Assembly: GCF_004010195.1 (NCBI RefSeq)
Contig: NC_057718.1
Span: 31,357,622 to 31,421,621, forward strand
Source: Chiloscyllium plagiosum
Lineage: Eukaryota
Direction: 5' to 3'
DNA: 64,000 nucleotides
A model generated the notes under the pieces. That model was not told the origin of the DNA, ran no database searches, and saw only the letters and a program-made list of their open reading frames with translations. Positions 37,730 through 52,322 of this stretch are shown here, in pieces; positions within the stretch are counted from its first letter, which is position 1, and every line of letters starts with the position of its first letter. The position numbers and the translations under genes were made by a program.

Positions 37730-39375
37730 CAATAGTGCGTACAGTTGAGTCAGTATATTTTGTTATTTGCTTCCAAAAGGTACAATTTAGGTGACATCTC
37801 CTCTAACCCTAACACTAACCCTATTGCAGGTTCCAAGTTGTCACTGGGATTATTCTTGTTGAGAGTAGTGAAGATTTACACCAATTGGTCATCCAACTGT
37901 AGTAACAGGTTGCCAGTTTTTCCAGAATGAAATTCAGCTTTCTACCATTACATCTAAATTTGTCGTTCACACCCATTACTACTTCTGGCTAAAGTAGCAT
38001 TGTTGCCATTGGAGGAGTAGTATTGGATGCAGCGTGGCATTAGTCTTTGTATGAGATTAGTCTTCATGCCTTCAGAAGGTTTGTTTCTCCGTTTGAGAAT
38101 TGCCTTGTATACATTTGATTCCTTTGTAATTTCTCTGGTGATTTTTACTCCCACCTCAGTCTTTCAATGTGACAGGAGATGATGTGAAAATCATATATGA
38201 TGTTGTATTTCCCAAACCTTTGTGAACCACCAGAATGCTTTGCTAATAAACTAAAGGTTATTACCACTATCACAATGTCAAGAATGCCGTAATAACCAAA
38301 GAATGATTTCATGTTGTCTTGTTTAGTTGATATCATTAGAGGTACTTCACTGGTTGATGTACTCCTTGTTTTCATGGCTTAGGTTTGTTCAGTAGAACAT
38401 TCCTCTTGCCTTCCTCAGACTCAAGTAAAGTCTTTGGTCTCTTGCATGAATGCACTTTAACATTTATTCTCTCAACTCCTGAGAGATAATGATTTTATTA
38501 CTTTTGTATAATATGCTATATTGGGCTGTCAATTCACTTCTGCATGGCTAATGTATACTTATAATCACAGGAATGTCCTTGCTGTTTCCAGGCCTTTCAT
38601 TACAACTTCATGCAACACTGATTGAGAGTGGCATCTTGTTGGCTAGTTGGCTTGATTTGGGCATAACTGTCTCTGCTAGATTGATGACTTTCACAGTATG
38701 TTAAACTGTAGCTTCATGTTGGACATTGCCATGCCATTCTCTATTTCATAGGGAGTGCTAAAAATTAATGAACATTTTTCCATTATGAAAATGTTCAGAA
38801 GCAAAGAGAATAGCCAAACACTGTATCTCAGTATGAGCATTTATGCCCTGGATGTAATGGTTATCCTTACCAAATACGCACTACTTTAAGTCCAATTCAC
38901 TGGTGTCACATGCAGAGTGACTTTATCACTTACATCATAGTATTTCAGCACTGGCATTGCTATCACTAGTTGTTTGATTTTATTAAATGCACATTTCTTG
39001 CAGTAAGTTGATGTAGTGGGTCATATTCTGACGATGAATTGGGGGTTATGAATTTTGCTCAGTTGTTGATGAATTCAACAAATTATTGTGTTGTTTTTAT
39101 ATTGGTTGGTTAATGCATTGCTTATTTGTCTCTCACGTGTATGTGATTCAGACAAATACAGACAAATACTGCTGTCAGTATGTGACCTATGTACTTGACT
39201 TTGGTTATTTTTAATTGTAATTTTTATTATTCAACTTCAGGTTCACGTGGCAAGCTATGTCGAGCAATCGTATCAGATTTCAATTGTGGTCAGCCATGAC
39301 TTCATCTGTTGTATTTCCACATCCAGAAACTAGCAGATCATCCATTATAACTTCCACAGAGGAAGCAACCTCATT
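37730..39375 (-). mobile_element. Decayed Ty3/Gypsy (Mag/K02A2.6-like) pol remnant: RT, RNase H, integrase
   Basis: Reads VEVIMDDLLVSGCG...DHN*NLIRLL...NLKLN...VKYIGHILT (RT), AFNKIKQLV..PVLKYYD...VTL..DTSE (connection/RNase H), ILYKSNKIIIS.ELRE*ML..IH...LRKAR (IN Zn), KSFFGYYGILD, YKAILKRRNKPSEG..NLIQRLM and SPKLYLLEANNKIY (IN). Confidence 0.88.
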
Positions 39376-40218
39376 CTTCCCTTTTAGTTAGAACATTTGA
39401 TCAATAATGTTTTTACCTATTTTTCCACTCATAACTATTTTCAGAGCCATATCATCTCATCCTGCCTGTGTATGAAGGTGTGCATGTTTGGAATAAAAGA
39501 GATATAGTTTAATTTGGTATGGGTTCTTAATTGATAAGCAGTTTGGCCACATGCTTAAAGCATTGGCTTGTTTCCAATACACAAGTTACTTTTGAGTTTA
39601 CTGAAGAAACCTGACAACAGTTTGCTTTGCTTGAGGTAATAATAAATTGAGTTTTTCCAGCAATTTCTGATTTATACTTACGGTATTGTTGTGAAGTAAT
39701 GAGCCTTTTCCATGTGAACTCCTACTTTCAGAGTTTTAACAAAGTTAGGGAGCTTGGTGTGGGATGTTTGGACATAGGCAATGTGTGATTGGACTTAAGG
39801 TGTTAGTGAAGGACAAAAGGACAGAGATCAGGATTCTCATATTACAAAAATAAGGTGGCATTGGAAATAGCTAAAACTTTCTAAAGGTAGAGGAAAAGTT
39901 TACAAGATTTAAGTAAAGCTAAGCTAATAGAATTGGCAAAGAAGTTAAAGATATAATTTCGTGTACAAGCGAAGAATGCAGAGATAATTGAAGTACTGGC
40001 AGGGCATTTAGGATTGGTGGAAATATATGAGAGAATAGGTACTCCAAATAATGAGTCACTGAGTTAGTCTTAGCTGGGTAATGTTTAAATCAATTTGAAC
40101 ATGAAAAAGAAATGAAGCAGTTCGGAACAGAATTCCAACTAGAAGTGAGGAACATCAGAACTCAAAATTAACTGAATTGAACTTGAACAAAAAGCTTATA
40201 TGTTATGAAATTCTTTAT

Positions 40219-41100
40219 GTTGTGACACTCTCTGTGAGGGAATTTTCCCCATGAAGTGATACTCCATGTGAGGTAGTACTGTTTATGGGGTGAGTTCGTG
40301 TGTGATATGGTGCTCACTGTGTCATGATATTCACTGTGATTCTCTGTGTTATACTTGATCATTTTATACTCTTTGTGATGTGATACTCTCTGTGACAGGA
40401 TACTCTCTTTGGTGTGATAGCCTATGTACTATGACACCCCTTATGTATCAAAGCTGTTTGTTTTGTAATATTCATTGTGACGTGATGTTCTCTCATTTGT
40501 GGTACTCTCTTTGGTGGGATATTCTCTGTGATGTTATACCCTGTATGCTGTAGTACCCTCTATGATTTACTACTCTCTGTGATCTAATAGTCTGTGAGAT
40601 AATGCTGATACTCTCTGTGAGGTAATAAACTGTGTTGTCACACGCATTGTGATGCAATGCTCCATGTGATGTAATAGTGCATGTCATGTAATACTACCTT
40701 TGGTGTGATATTCTGTGATGTAATAATCTATGTGATGCAATACGCTCTGTGATGTAATAATCTCTGTGAAATAATAATTTCCATGTTGTAATAATCTCTG
40801 TGATGTAATAATCACTGCATTGCGAGTGTCACTGACTTTTGGTGTGATACTCTGCGTTATGATGCCCTGTGTATTATGCAACTTTGTATTGTGATATTCT
40901 GTGATGTAACACTCACTATTTTGTGTTGCTCCATGTATTTTAATACTCTCTGTGATATAATACTGAAAGAGGTGTGACATTCTGTGATGTGATGCCCTGT
41001 GTGATGTGATAATCTTGTCTGTGGTGTAATATTCTCTGAGCTCTATTATTGTTTCTAATGTGATAGTCTGTGTGACGTGATATATGTGTGATGTGGTACA
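40219..41100. repeat. Decayed minisatellite, unit ~17 bp (TGTGATGTGATACTCTC) with ~15-bp variants
   Basis: Consecutive units such as tgtgatgtgatactctc / tgtgacaggatactctc / tttggtgtgatagccta, and recurring tgtgatgtaataatctc. Confidence 0.85.
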
Positions 41101-44100
41101 CTGCAGTTTCACTTTCTTTAACATATTTTCTAATGTGCTGCATCTCTGTTTGGAAATATGTTCTATATTTTATTGACTTTGACATGAGTATTTGTTTTAC
41201 CAGCTTTCACCACAGTGGACACTTGTATAGATTGCTCATGGGAAGCTTATGATTTCATACTTGGGGAGATGGTCCATTAAACAGAGGAAACACCTAAACG
41301 ATAGGTATTGTGTGTTATTGAATAAAGAGTTTACATTTCAAATAATTCATCAAGGGATACATAAGGAATTAATTTTTCAATTTTTGGTTAGGTTGAAAGT
41401 AATAGAACCCCTTTGGTTAGCATAAACTGTATTTGTTTCCTCACAAGTATTTGAGAGTAACTTTAGCCTCTAAAACTTAGTCTTTCTGAAAAAAATGTAA
41501 TTAAAGAGGAGAATATAGAGATCTTGTTTTTACTAGTATGTGTTTCCATTTGAAAGTTGCCAGAATCTAGCTGAAAATGACCCTATTTTTGTGCAAGGAA
41601 TTGGAACTTGTCAACACTTATTGTGGTATTCAGAAGGGTTGCATGACATTGCAGTGAATTCAATCACTAGAATGTTGTGTGGGGATGTTTAGAGGTGGGA
41701 TGGGGGGGAGGGTAGAGTCGCAGGTTTGATATTCCACTCCAATAAATTCATGATCTGGCTGCGCTGCAATGAGGGATTGCCAAGTGGAGATCAGGTGCTT
41801 TCCCAGGGGATGTGGGGGATGAGAAGGAATAGGAAGTAGGGAAAGAAACACCCTCAGGCATATGTCACATATTCTCTGATAGTTGCATTGTCAAAGACCT
41901 GGAAGCAGCTTGCTAGCTCATCCGCCCTTTCAGACATAGTCAGTGCATGACCCGGAAAACCTGGGAAGCAGCCTAAAGTATCAGCAAAGGAAATCTTATT
42001 CCTTTTCTTCAGTTACTCTTGTATGATCATGGAAGAGATTAATATAAAAATATCACTTTGATAAATTTATCGAGTAAAATTCTTTTCATGATTATATGAC
42101 AATAACAGAAGCTGATAAGAACGGATGTTAATTTCAAACTTGTAATTTGATGATGCAGTGAATATCTAATGGTGGCTAATAATCTGAATTTCCTTGAGTG
42201 TAAATGAGACATCTTTTTTTTCTCCTGCAATTAGCCATAATGTTGATTTTTTTTTCTACATAAAACAAGTCAATGCTCTAACCACATCCTTATTATAATA
42301 TTTGGCATTAATATTGTGGTTCCAACTTTGGATGCACTGCGGCCTCAAAATGAAGTGGCATAAGCAGTTTAAGCAATGAAACCAGAATACATTGCAGACC
42401 ATATTGTAAATCCTCCATATATGTTCAGCACTACATTAACCCTTTTTGCATATCCAATCATTGATTATGTCAATATTTATATCAATAATGTATGTCTATG
42501 CACTGCACAGAAATAATGGGTGGCATCAAGAATCATCTTCTGAAGCTGTTCTCTATATAGGTATCTATAATTGGAAGGAAAGATTTAATCTTGGATAGGT
42601 CAGTGGCAAGAATAAAGTTTATGTGGAGATTCCTTTTGGAATAAAGGATGATGCAGTGCCTGGGTTGAGGTTGGCTGGGGGCATTATACTTCACAGTTCT
42701 TACGGAATTGTGAGGCAGTCAAGCAGTAGGAAGGCCCCTATTATGTGTAGAGTGATCAAATCCAGATGTTGGCATGGCGTGACCTCCTTGACCATGACTT
42801 AGCTACATATTGAATGGCAGACAGCTGGTCAGTAGTGAGGTGAAACTATGTTATGCCGATGGGGTGTAAATTTATATACAGTTTACAGAATGTGACTGAC
42901 ACTGAACAAACACTGACTTAAGTGATGAATCTGAAGACGATTTTTTCATTTGGACGGGATTTTAACTGTACCAGAAAGAAAAAAAATCAAAAATGAAGTC
43001 TAAAAGGTCTGAGCACAAAGCTGAGTGTTTTTTTTGCTTAAGCATATATATATCTTATTTATGACAAGTTCTCCGATGTTCTGAAAAAAATGTACTAGAA
43101 ATGGGACTAGTTTTTCCTCTTTCCTGTGAGATCAAATTTCTTTTAAAGCCATCAGCTGAGCACAGTATTAGTCAGGGTTGATCAATGACAGGAAACCAGG
43201 GATCATGTGTTAATAAATCAGAAATAGATATCGCAGTTGAGCAGAAATATGTCACTAAACCGATAATAAGGGCAAGTTATTTGACAAGTTTTTAGATTTA
43301 CTTCAACAGGAAGCTCTGCAATAAACAGCTCTTTTTTAAGACTGGGGGGATGCAGTCATCCTGGCCATGTTACCATGTGCTCCTGTGAAAACAGACTGTG
43401 CTAAATTGAATCAGAAATTCCTGCTAGGCCGGCAGGACAGCATTTCCTTTCCTTCCTATTCTCCCATTCCTCAATCTATCACCTAATTAAGAACAGTAAG
43501 GGATCATCTTCACTGGATTAACCTTAACTAAATTGTATTCATTCAACATGTGCCCTTTTGATTATCTAAACCCTGAATTGCTGCCTGCGGTAAACTTGGT
43601 CCTGGTCTACACAGCCCTATGGAGTTAATTAATTTCAGATGAGTAGAAAAAGGTGGTTAAATTAAACTTTCTATAAAAACATTTGTTACTTTTTTTACTT
43701 ACTCTGTTAATAACCGCTGTAATGTGTATATTTCCAAAGCACACTAATATACCAGTTGCATATTGTTAGACAGTTGATATTTATACTTGAAAAATTGTTC
43801 TAAAATGTTTATTAATATGGTCCTAATTCAAGGCCATCTGATTTAGAACCTGAATTTTCTTTAAACTTGGAATACTTTGTACATCTTAATATTTAAAACC
43901 AGTTCTGCAATATTGTGCTGCAGATTATCCAAACAGTTCATCTGACAAATTCTATAAACAAAAGGATCTCATCTACTTTTCAGCAATACAATCTGAATGC
44001 ACCAGGATCATGTCAGAATCGTTTTGCTAATTTTTCCCAGTAGCTGAAGCCTTTGACTCCTTGTGCTGGCATTTACAATGTCTAAGCCATTGATAGGATG

Positions 44101-46569
44101 TGGATAACTTGAGCCAGTTCAGTTACATCAACTCAAATTAAAATTACTGCATTATGGAAAAGTAGAATTAGATACAAAGGAGAAGCTATAGTTTTCCTTA
44201 CCACCCTGCAGCTATCCCCCCACCCACATTGTGCACTTTCCAACTTCTTTGACAGACACTAGTGCCGTATTTGCATCTTTTCATTATCTCTCTATTAAAA
44301 GCTGAAATGTCTCCTTTTTAAAAAAATGTTTTTAGTATCTTCTGAAAGGTTGAAGGGTCAAGAGCAGATTCATGATTGGAGCCCAATTTTATTTCAGAGC
44401 TGTTGAAATGGAAAAGGTTTGAGTGTAAAGTGATTATGTTTCAGTTTGCATTTTCACTCACAGTTCAGCTGTCAGCCAAACTGCAAGTCGAAGGATTGGC
44501 TCCATATCCATTCAACAAACAAGCGGTGCAAAAATTCCTATGTCTCTGCGGGTGGGACTCAGTGCCTGTGGCGGGAATGTCAGTTTCAGAGAAAAGAAAT
44601 AAACAGTGCACTATAGTAAACAATCCTCTAAAAATGTTTTTTTTTGAAGAGAGGGAATATTTAAGTGTCAATTCTAATTAATAACATCTTTCCTCAATCT
44701 CTAATGTATTTTTTCAGTTAGAAAAATACATTATGGCATTATGCAGTTTCACTCTAAATGGAATGTGAAGCAAGAGCTACATTGATGTGTACCATGTCAT
44801 TTTAAACATAACTGGCATTGATCAGGTAATGCGTATGAACAATATGCTCAGCTTTGCACTTCACACTTATCATGCAAACTTGTAGAGAACGTCACCCTTT
44901 CATCCCATGGATAATGATCACTCATTTTAATTCTTCATAAGTGGCAGCAGCAACCCTCTTGTTTCATCATGTCTAGTATATTAGCACCAGAGGACATGGC
45001 ATAAATTTGAAAGGATGTAAATTCAAAAATAATCTGCAGACACTATTCCAATGAGTGGGTGGCAGGTCTACAGTTCTCCCGAGGGAGATGATGAAAGCAG
45101 ATATGTGTTGATTAAATCAATTGAAGATTAGATAGATTTCTGACAGAAAATTATTTCTGGGACATGGCAAAGGAGATGTGTTATCCACAAAGTGTAGAAT
45201 GCGTGGAGGGAACAGGGTGGCTCTAGATCTATGGTTCCCAAAGCTTACCATTGGTGGGGCTCTTCTTACCTCATGTCCAGGTCTAGTTGATGGAAATTTA
45301 TTTTAGTGGTTAGCTAACAACTCCATTCACATTTATAATGCAATAGCCAAACTGCAGAAGGAAAAATAGGTACACTGGTGGTCCTTTCTCATCTAACAAT
45401 AATTATATTTTGAATGTTTATAGGAGGGGTCTGAGCGATATGGGCTACGGAGAGATTTGTGGCAGAATTGGCTGAGAAGTCTGCTGAGGTCAACCTTGAT
45501 GTCTGAGCATCTCACTGCATCCTTTATTCATTTGCTGAATGATGTGAATTTCTCGCTAGGCAGCGATGGGTTGTCAATTAATAGCGTTATTGCTTACGGA
45601 CACCACAACTCACCTCATTAATATTCAGTTGCCTATCTTTTCAAATGAACCAAACAAGCCACTGAAGTATGGAATACACAGAACAAAACAGGCCATCTGG
45701 TCAATAATTCTCCAAATGGAAGTCAGAGTACCTGTGACTTCAGCTCACTGCTTGATCCAAATGACCTCCATATTGGACACTAGGCACTAAAATCTCAGGG
45801 GTATACTCCATGGACAGCAACCATGCACAACGGACATTTACATCCAACATGTGCCAGCGTCTAAGAACCCTTATGACACTTCACCAAGTGTAGGAACAGT
45901 ATACTTCTGCATTTCAATTATGCATCTCACGGTACAATGGCAGCTATCATTCAAATACTGTAGTAAGTACATTTCCAAGTTCTTCACTTCCAGCCATAAC
46001 ACTCACTCATTCTGAGCCAAGCTGGATGGTCACAACATCTCTGTCTTACTTTAACCTTGCATTGAATTTTTGTGCATTGTTCCCTTGTCAAAGATACTGG
46101 GCTCACAGTACTGCTTGCCATTTAGCACAGACACAGAGCCAGAAAACTTGTCAACATTGTCAGCTGATCTTGGCCAAGTGAAGGGCGATAGCCTTCACTC
46201 GGAGAGTCCTGGCACTGTAAGTCAAGGGCAGCTTTTGTTACCAGACCAGGGTATCATTAACAAACAGGTGTCAAAGGTTATCGGGGGTTGGCAGGAATGG
46301 TGTGTGGAGACCATGATCAGATCAGATCAGATCTTATTGAATGGCTGAGCAGGATCAAGGGATTGAATGGTCTACTTCTGTACATAGTTCACAAAAGTGT
46401 AATTTTATTCAATTGCTGATCAACATTTTCAACAAAGCGAACACACAGCAGAGTTCCACATATTACCAGTCATTTTAATGAAAATCTAATTTTAGGAGGA
46501 CTTCAAACTCTGCCTCTTTCATTCATTCCAATGGTGACTCTTTTTAAAGTGCTGTTTTAGTATTTGCAT

Positions 46570-46850
46570 TGAAGTATGGAATACACAGAACAAAAACAGG
46601 CCATTTGGTCCAACCAGTCCATGTTGGTATTCATACTCCATTTGAGCCTCCTATCTCCTTCCTCTATCAATATCATTCTCCATTGTCTTCCCTTTCATAG
46701 ACTTACTTAACTTCCCCTAATGCATCTTCGCTATCTATCTCAACTGATCCTTGTAACAGTGAATTCCGTTCTCACTGTTGCCTGGATGTAGAAGTTTCTT
46801 CCGATTTGATTTCTTGGAGACTATGTTATATTGTTAGTCTCTCAACTAGA
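46570..46850 (-). mobile_element. Old CR1 3' end fragment
   Basis: cagaacaaaaacaggccatttggtccaaccagtccatg is the reverse complement of a CR1 3' terminus, followed by gaattcc...ctcact...tagaagtttctt. Confidence 0.6.
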
Positions 46851-49800
46851 GACTACATGAGTTTAGTTAAGTGGAGATTCACTCACTGGACTGAATTTTA
46901 TGTCTGAGATCAAGAAATAAAGTGGATGAGGCCAGTCAGCATGTTGGTTTCACAACTCTGCTTCTGTTATAGGCCAATCGGGCTGACTTGGTAAACAAGG
47001 CTGGCCAACTCTCTGAGAAGGACAGGCAATTAAGCTCACTGAGATGGTTCACCAACTGGGCATGGAAGAGACCATTTCCAGTTTCCTAATGTGACAGAGG
47101 TGCAACTTAACTGCCAGCACCAGATCAGGGTACCAACATTCCAGTCAGCCCTATAGGCCATCTCTACCTGTTTCAGTACAATTACAGCAAAAGCCACTCA
47201 CAGAGAGACTCCCCACTGTCCCTCACCCACACCTCCATTTCCCTTGCAGTCGTGACCTGACTGCTTTCTCTTTTTTTCATTTAAATGCTCAAAAAATGGC
47301 TGTGATACCACCTTCCTGCAAGTGCCTTCTCAGTTTTTTTTTAACCATTTATTGCACTCAAGTGCTCCATTGAAACTTGAAGCCCAGTGATTGGCTGTTT
47401 GTTTTCAACAGCACATTGCCACCAGGCACCAACTCAAAATTCCAATGAGTAACTGTTTCTCTCCAGCAGAGGTTTCCTCAGGGTTTCATGCTCATAACTG
47501 GGTTTCTGCCGAACTTCCTCCACAGTTACGCTAGCAGAATGGGGATAGGCCAAAGGAAATTGACACCCTCCCCCTTTCCCAAAGCTTCTATTGGAAATCA
47601 CCATCTCCAACACAGTTCAAACTTCATCACCACTCTATTAAAGCTGTCACCATTATTCACCTTTTTAAACTGACGCTCTTTTGCTTTGCCGATCACATCA
47701 ATTCATCTTACTTGTGGATAACAAGGCTTTCAGTCATTCCCTCCCTATATCCTCCACCTCATAATCTCTCTACCTCTCTCTGAATTATCCTTAAAATGTC
47801 CTATTTTGGTCCAGTCTGGATCACCTCTGATTTCAAACTTCTTGTCCTTCAAGCAATGATTGTGACATATGGTCATAGTACTATTCAACTGAAAGTTGGT
47901 AGAAACTGACCTGTGAAGGTATTCACAGGTGGAAACGCAGGCTGTGTACTGTGGTTCTGATCCAGAGCATGGTCATACCACCTGATGTAAAAAGGCAGCT
48001 ATCCCATCTCAGGACTGAACTGCATTCTGATAATTTATGACATCAGCTGGACCCTTCAATTAAATTATGGCAGGGTTACTCACTCTGAGTTGTGGGTTAT
48101 TCTACAAGTGTTTGATTTGTGGCTTTTTAGTACCACACTGGGAAAGTTATGGCAACAGTAGTCATTTCTTAGCCAGGGTGATTTAATAGCACCAAGTATG
48201 GAGCAAATTAGGTCATTACATGAGAGATTTGAAATTATTCATGAGGTAAACTATGATTTTTTTTTGCCTTTTGGTTTTCATTAAGCTGGACAGTCAAACC
48301 CAATCACTAGACTCAATAATAATTTGTGCATCCACTTACATAATGTTAGTGAGAAGGCTGCTTGACCAACAGCTTTTCTAAAAGCAGGAGGCAGACAATA
48401 TTCTTAGCAGTGCTGATGTTTTATTTAGAGCATAAGTAATTGTGAACATGATTCAGCAATTAAGGTGACACAGAACAGACCTCGTTTTACATATCCTGAT
48501 ATGCAGGAGTTTTACCAACTGTCTAAAATTCTTTAAAGGGTTTTCAGATTAATTACAACCTAACTGTGGACATAAACACAAACATGCACACAAACATGCC
48601 TGCGAGCACACATGTGGCACATAATGAAAAATAATCAGACACGTTAGCTGTACTAATTTATTAACAAGCCCCATCAATTTTTCCTTGAAACATTCTGTCT
48701 AATGCCAAGAGAATAGAACTTTTTTTCCTTCCTAAATTTCTTTGCCAAATTCTTCTCATGCTACTTTTCTGCAGGCTGGAATACAACTCCACAGGCACTC
48801 AAAAGTACCTCTCCTGAGTGACTTTTATATATATAAGGCTTAATAATCACATGGCAGGCTAGCCAATCATGAGGGGCAACACAGCAGTATCTAACTCTCT
48901 GTTCATCAATGTCTACACAACATCCCCAGCAGGCGTTGTTGGGCTAATAAACAGGGCTGATGACCCAGCTCATTTTCCCCTCCGGAACCCCAGGGGTATT
49001 TAAAACAATTACAATGTTGAATTGCCACCCATGTTGAGATCAGTTAACTCTGCACTGACTGGGCATCCAACTTTGGGATCTTCCTCTGAGAATGAGCTGG
49101 ACAAGTAAATAGATAAATAACTGAACTGCTTACTGGATACATTTGTGAAACTACAAACTAAACTGCAATTGAATCTTTCCAGTACAGATCTGCCTAAACA
49201 CCATAAACTTTTGCATCCCTAGTTTGTTCTTTGACATGCTATTTGCAATTTTCTGTCTACATCAAATATGAATTCCAATGCAATTCGCAAAACAAACTAC
49301 AAATTGGCTGTCATGTATTGCACTTCTTCCAAATTTTTCTTTCATTTATATCAACCAGATGCACAGGATTAATTTATACCCCATATTCGCATTGTGTCAC
49401 AATTCAGCCATCATTCATTAGTACTTCTTACAGTTCTATCGTCCAGATCTTCTGTTTCTGCATTGTCATAAACCAGATGTCTGACTCAGATGTATGTTGG
49501 GAGTCCCTGCAAAAGTTCTGATGCATTGATTCTGTGTGAATGACTTGGGAAATTTGAATTTCCAATGTTCTGCTTCAAATAGGTCTCCAACTTTGAGTGA
49601 GAGTCAAAGACTTCAAGCAGTTCTGACTTACTTATCTGGATAGTTATCTCGGAAATATTAGGCAGAAAAGACTGAGTCTAACTCCTGGGTAACTATACAA
49701 TTGAGTATCCATTGACCCACTTAAATACAGCATCACTCCCAACTTTCATGACTCCTTCCCAACCCAACTGGATGATACCCCACCAACAACACACACCCTC

Positions 49801-52322
49801 ACAACTGCCCCGTTTTTACCCCTGACTCTCTATCTATTCAGGTCTGGGAAGAAAGGTTCATATGCTAATAGGAAGATTTGGGCCAGTGATACCTGTAAAG
49901 TGAAGAAAGCAAGTTTGAAGTATTTCTGACTGAGCAAAGTGAGACAGCAAGTTGAGAGTGCAAACTAATTCAGCTTGTGGCATTGTCGGTTTATCGTTGA
50001 AACTTAAATTTGGCCACCTTTGAATATTGGACGCAAGCTGGAACTGTCTAGTGAAAGGAAAATTGTATTTCACCTGCAAAAATGAATAACACGCTAAGGA
50101 TAATATACATTTGATATTTTACCACAGCATGCAAACTAAATGCAACAGTACCAAAAGTAGAATATCTGTAAATGTTTTTCTTTTCAGCTTAATAACTGAT
50201 GGGCTAATGGGCAGGGGAGGAAAGCCTCTTATTCCTGTTGGTTTAGCCGTCTGTATATCCAATCTGGCAGTCTGGGTGTGTGGGTTGGGGGAGAACTCGT
50301 TTATATTCCTGTGTGGTCCACTGGTGAGTTTGATGTCTAGTGGTTTAGTGTGTTAAAGGTGAGGAAGGATTTTTTAGTCTTCCTGGTAGTTTAGTGACAG
50401 CATCAAATTTGGGATTCATAATGTCAGCAATTTAGGACTGGCTGCAGTTCCGAATGATCCAGCACATTAATCCAGAAATATCAATTGAAGAAGAAAAAGC
50501 AGTAAACTACCAGATTGCTGGCATAGCAATGTGATTACATTTCAATCATTTCTAATGTGAGCAGGGGTGAGGGTACAGATTAACAAAATAGCTGCACTAA
50601 CTATACGTTACATTATGTGGGCATTATCTCATTGTCGTTTGTGGGGGTTTGCTATGCATTTATTGGCTGCCGTGTTTCTAGTAATTACACTTCATAAATA
50701 ATTATTGTCGGTAAAGCACTTTAAGGTGTCCAGTAAAAAACTGTATAATTGCAAGATCTTTTTAACTGTTGTGGATATCCTAAATATGTGCAAGGATAGA
50801 CAATTCTGTTAAAAATACCACACACTAAAAATGCTCGTGTCATGTGTCTTCATTCATTAGAGGAGACACTAATCCATTTAAAATCAATGTGAAAACGCAT
50901 TGCAAACAAATGGATGTCATACGAAGTCATCAACATTTAAGAATAAGTTAGGCTTGTAGTTTGAGTAAAGTAATAGGGAATGTGTTCAGCAGATCTCTGG
51001 TCCAACTATCAACAGCTATTTTGTTTCACGCAGTCACTAGAAAGTGTGTGAATACAGTCCCAGGATACCACACACTTTCTCTCTCTCTCTCTCTCTTTCA
51101 ATTCATCCTTTACATTTGACCTTTCCTCCAAATTTCTTAATGGAAATATAGTGAGGATCAGGAAGCTATTTTCAATGCTAATTGCAACCATGGGAAACCA
51201 ATGGTGCTGTTTATCCTTGATGTGAAATCCCAGGTTAATGCAAGGCTCTGTCTCTTTAAATAAAAAAGGGAGCGAAGGAGGGTAGAACAGAATTAATTAT
51301 AAGTGAATTAACATATACTACAGAATTGTGGAACATATATTTAACTATCCATTATCGAGTCCCAGGCATGGCATAACTCGGAGTCACTGAAGGGAGATCA
51401 GATATTTCATTTTGAAAAAGGAGGGAAAACTGCTTTTGCACATCCTTTCCTGGTTGGTTCAAATTGGGCACTGGCAGAGTCCAACATGCAGTAGTCCAAC
51501 CAACTGCTGTCTTGGCCACAGGTGGCAAATATTCCATGTTGGAAGGAATCTGATGTTCAATATCCCAGAAATGTAGTTATTGAAAACAGATTAAAATGAA
51601 CTTTGAGAAATATGTTTAAAAAGAATGTCTGCCACCCTTCATAGCTCCAGCCACAATGCTAAGTATTTAATGTCAACTAACCAGAGAATAGGAAATTTAA
51701 AGCTGTGATAGTATTTCGGTATTTTATATTTTGTAATGAATAGGTTTACAGTAGGGTAAAGTGGATCAATCCCGTAGAGGTTCAAACCGCAGGTACATAT
51801 TAACAGTGTTAATGAGCTTTTAATGATCTGATTTAAATCCATTCAGGTTTTGAATTTTCTTGGATTCTCAGACCAATTTACTTTTTTTTAATCTGACACT
51901 AAAATTTTATGTTTCTACATAAAATCATTTTATTGCAATTTTCTCATTTCGTGTTCCTTCCCTCATATCATATAGATTTATTTTAATCTAAAAATGTGAG
52001 CTTTAGTCTCTCTTCTTTGCTTGTGAGTTTTGCGTTCCCTTGTTTGCATTCCTCTCGAGTTTGATGAAGAGGAACTAACCCACTAGCTCTGTGGTTAGTC
52101 ATGTGGTGTGTGGTGGCTTGATGCTCTCAGACCTTAGTTAAGGAGCACAATAAATCATTCAAAGCATTTGTAGCTAGTTGCACGTTATGACCAATGCCCT
52201 GATTGCACAGTTTGGAAGAATATTTAATTCAGTTAAACTGTATCTGTGTAGAGACCTGCTCCAGCCCAGGATCATTACTTAAAACTGCATAATGTCAGCA
52301 AGATTGTGACCAGAATCCTGGG

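Noticed and set aside
39241..39390. Plus-strand terminal-exon-like segment after tttttattattcaacttcag with a downstream AATAAA
   Set aside because: It is the antisense strand of the Gypsy RT YxDD region.
40219..41100. CRISPR-like or repeat-protein-coding interpretation of the periodic region
   Set aside because: The units are contiguous with no unique spacers, the context is eukaryotic, and the 17-bp period does not preserve frame.
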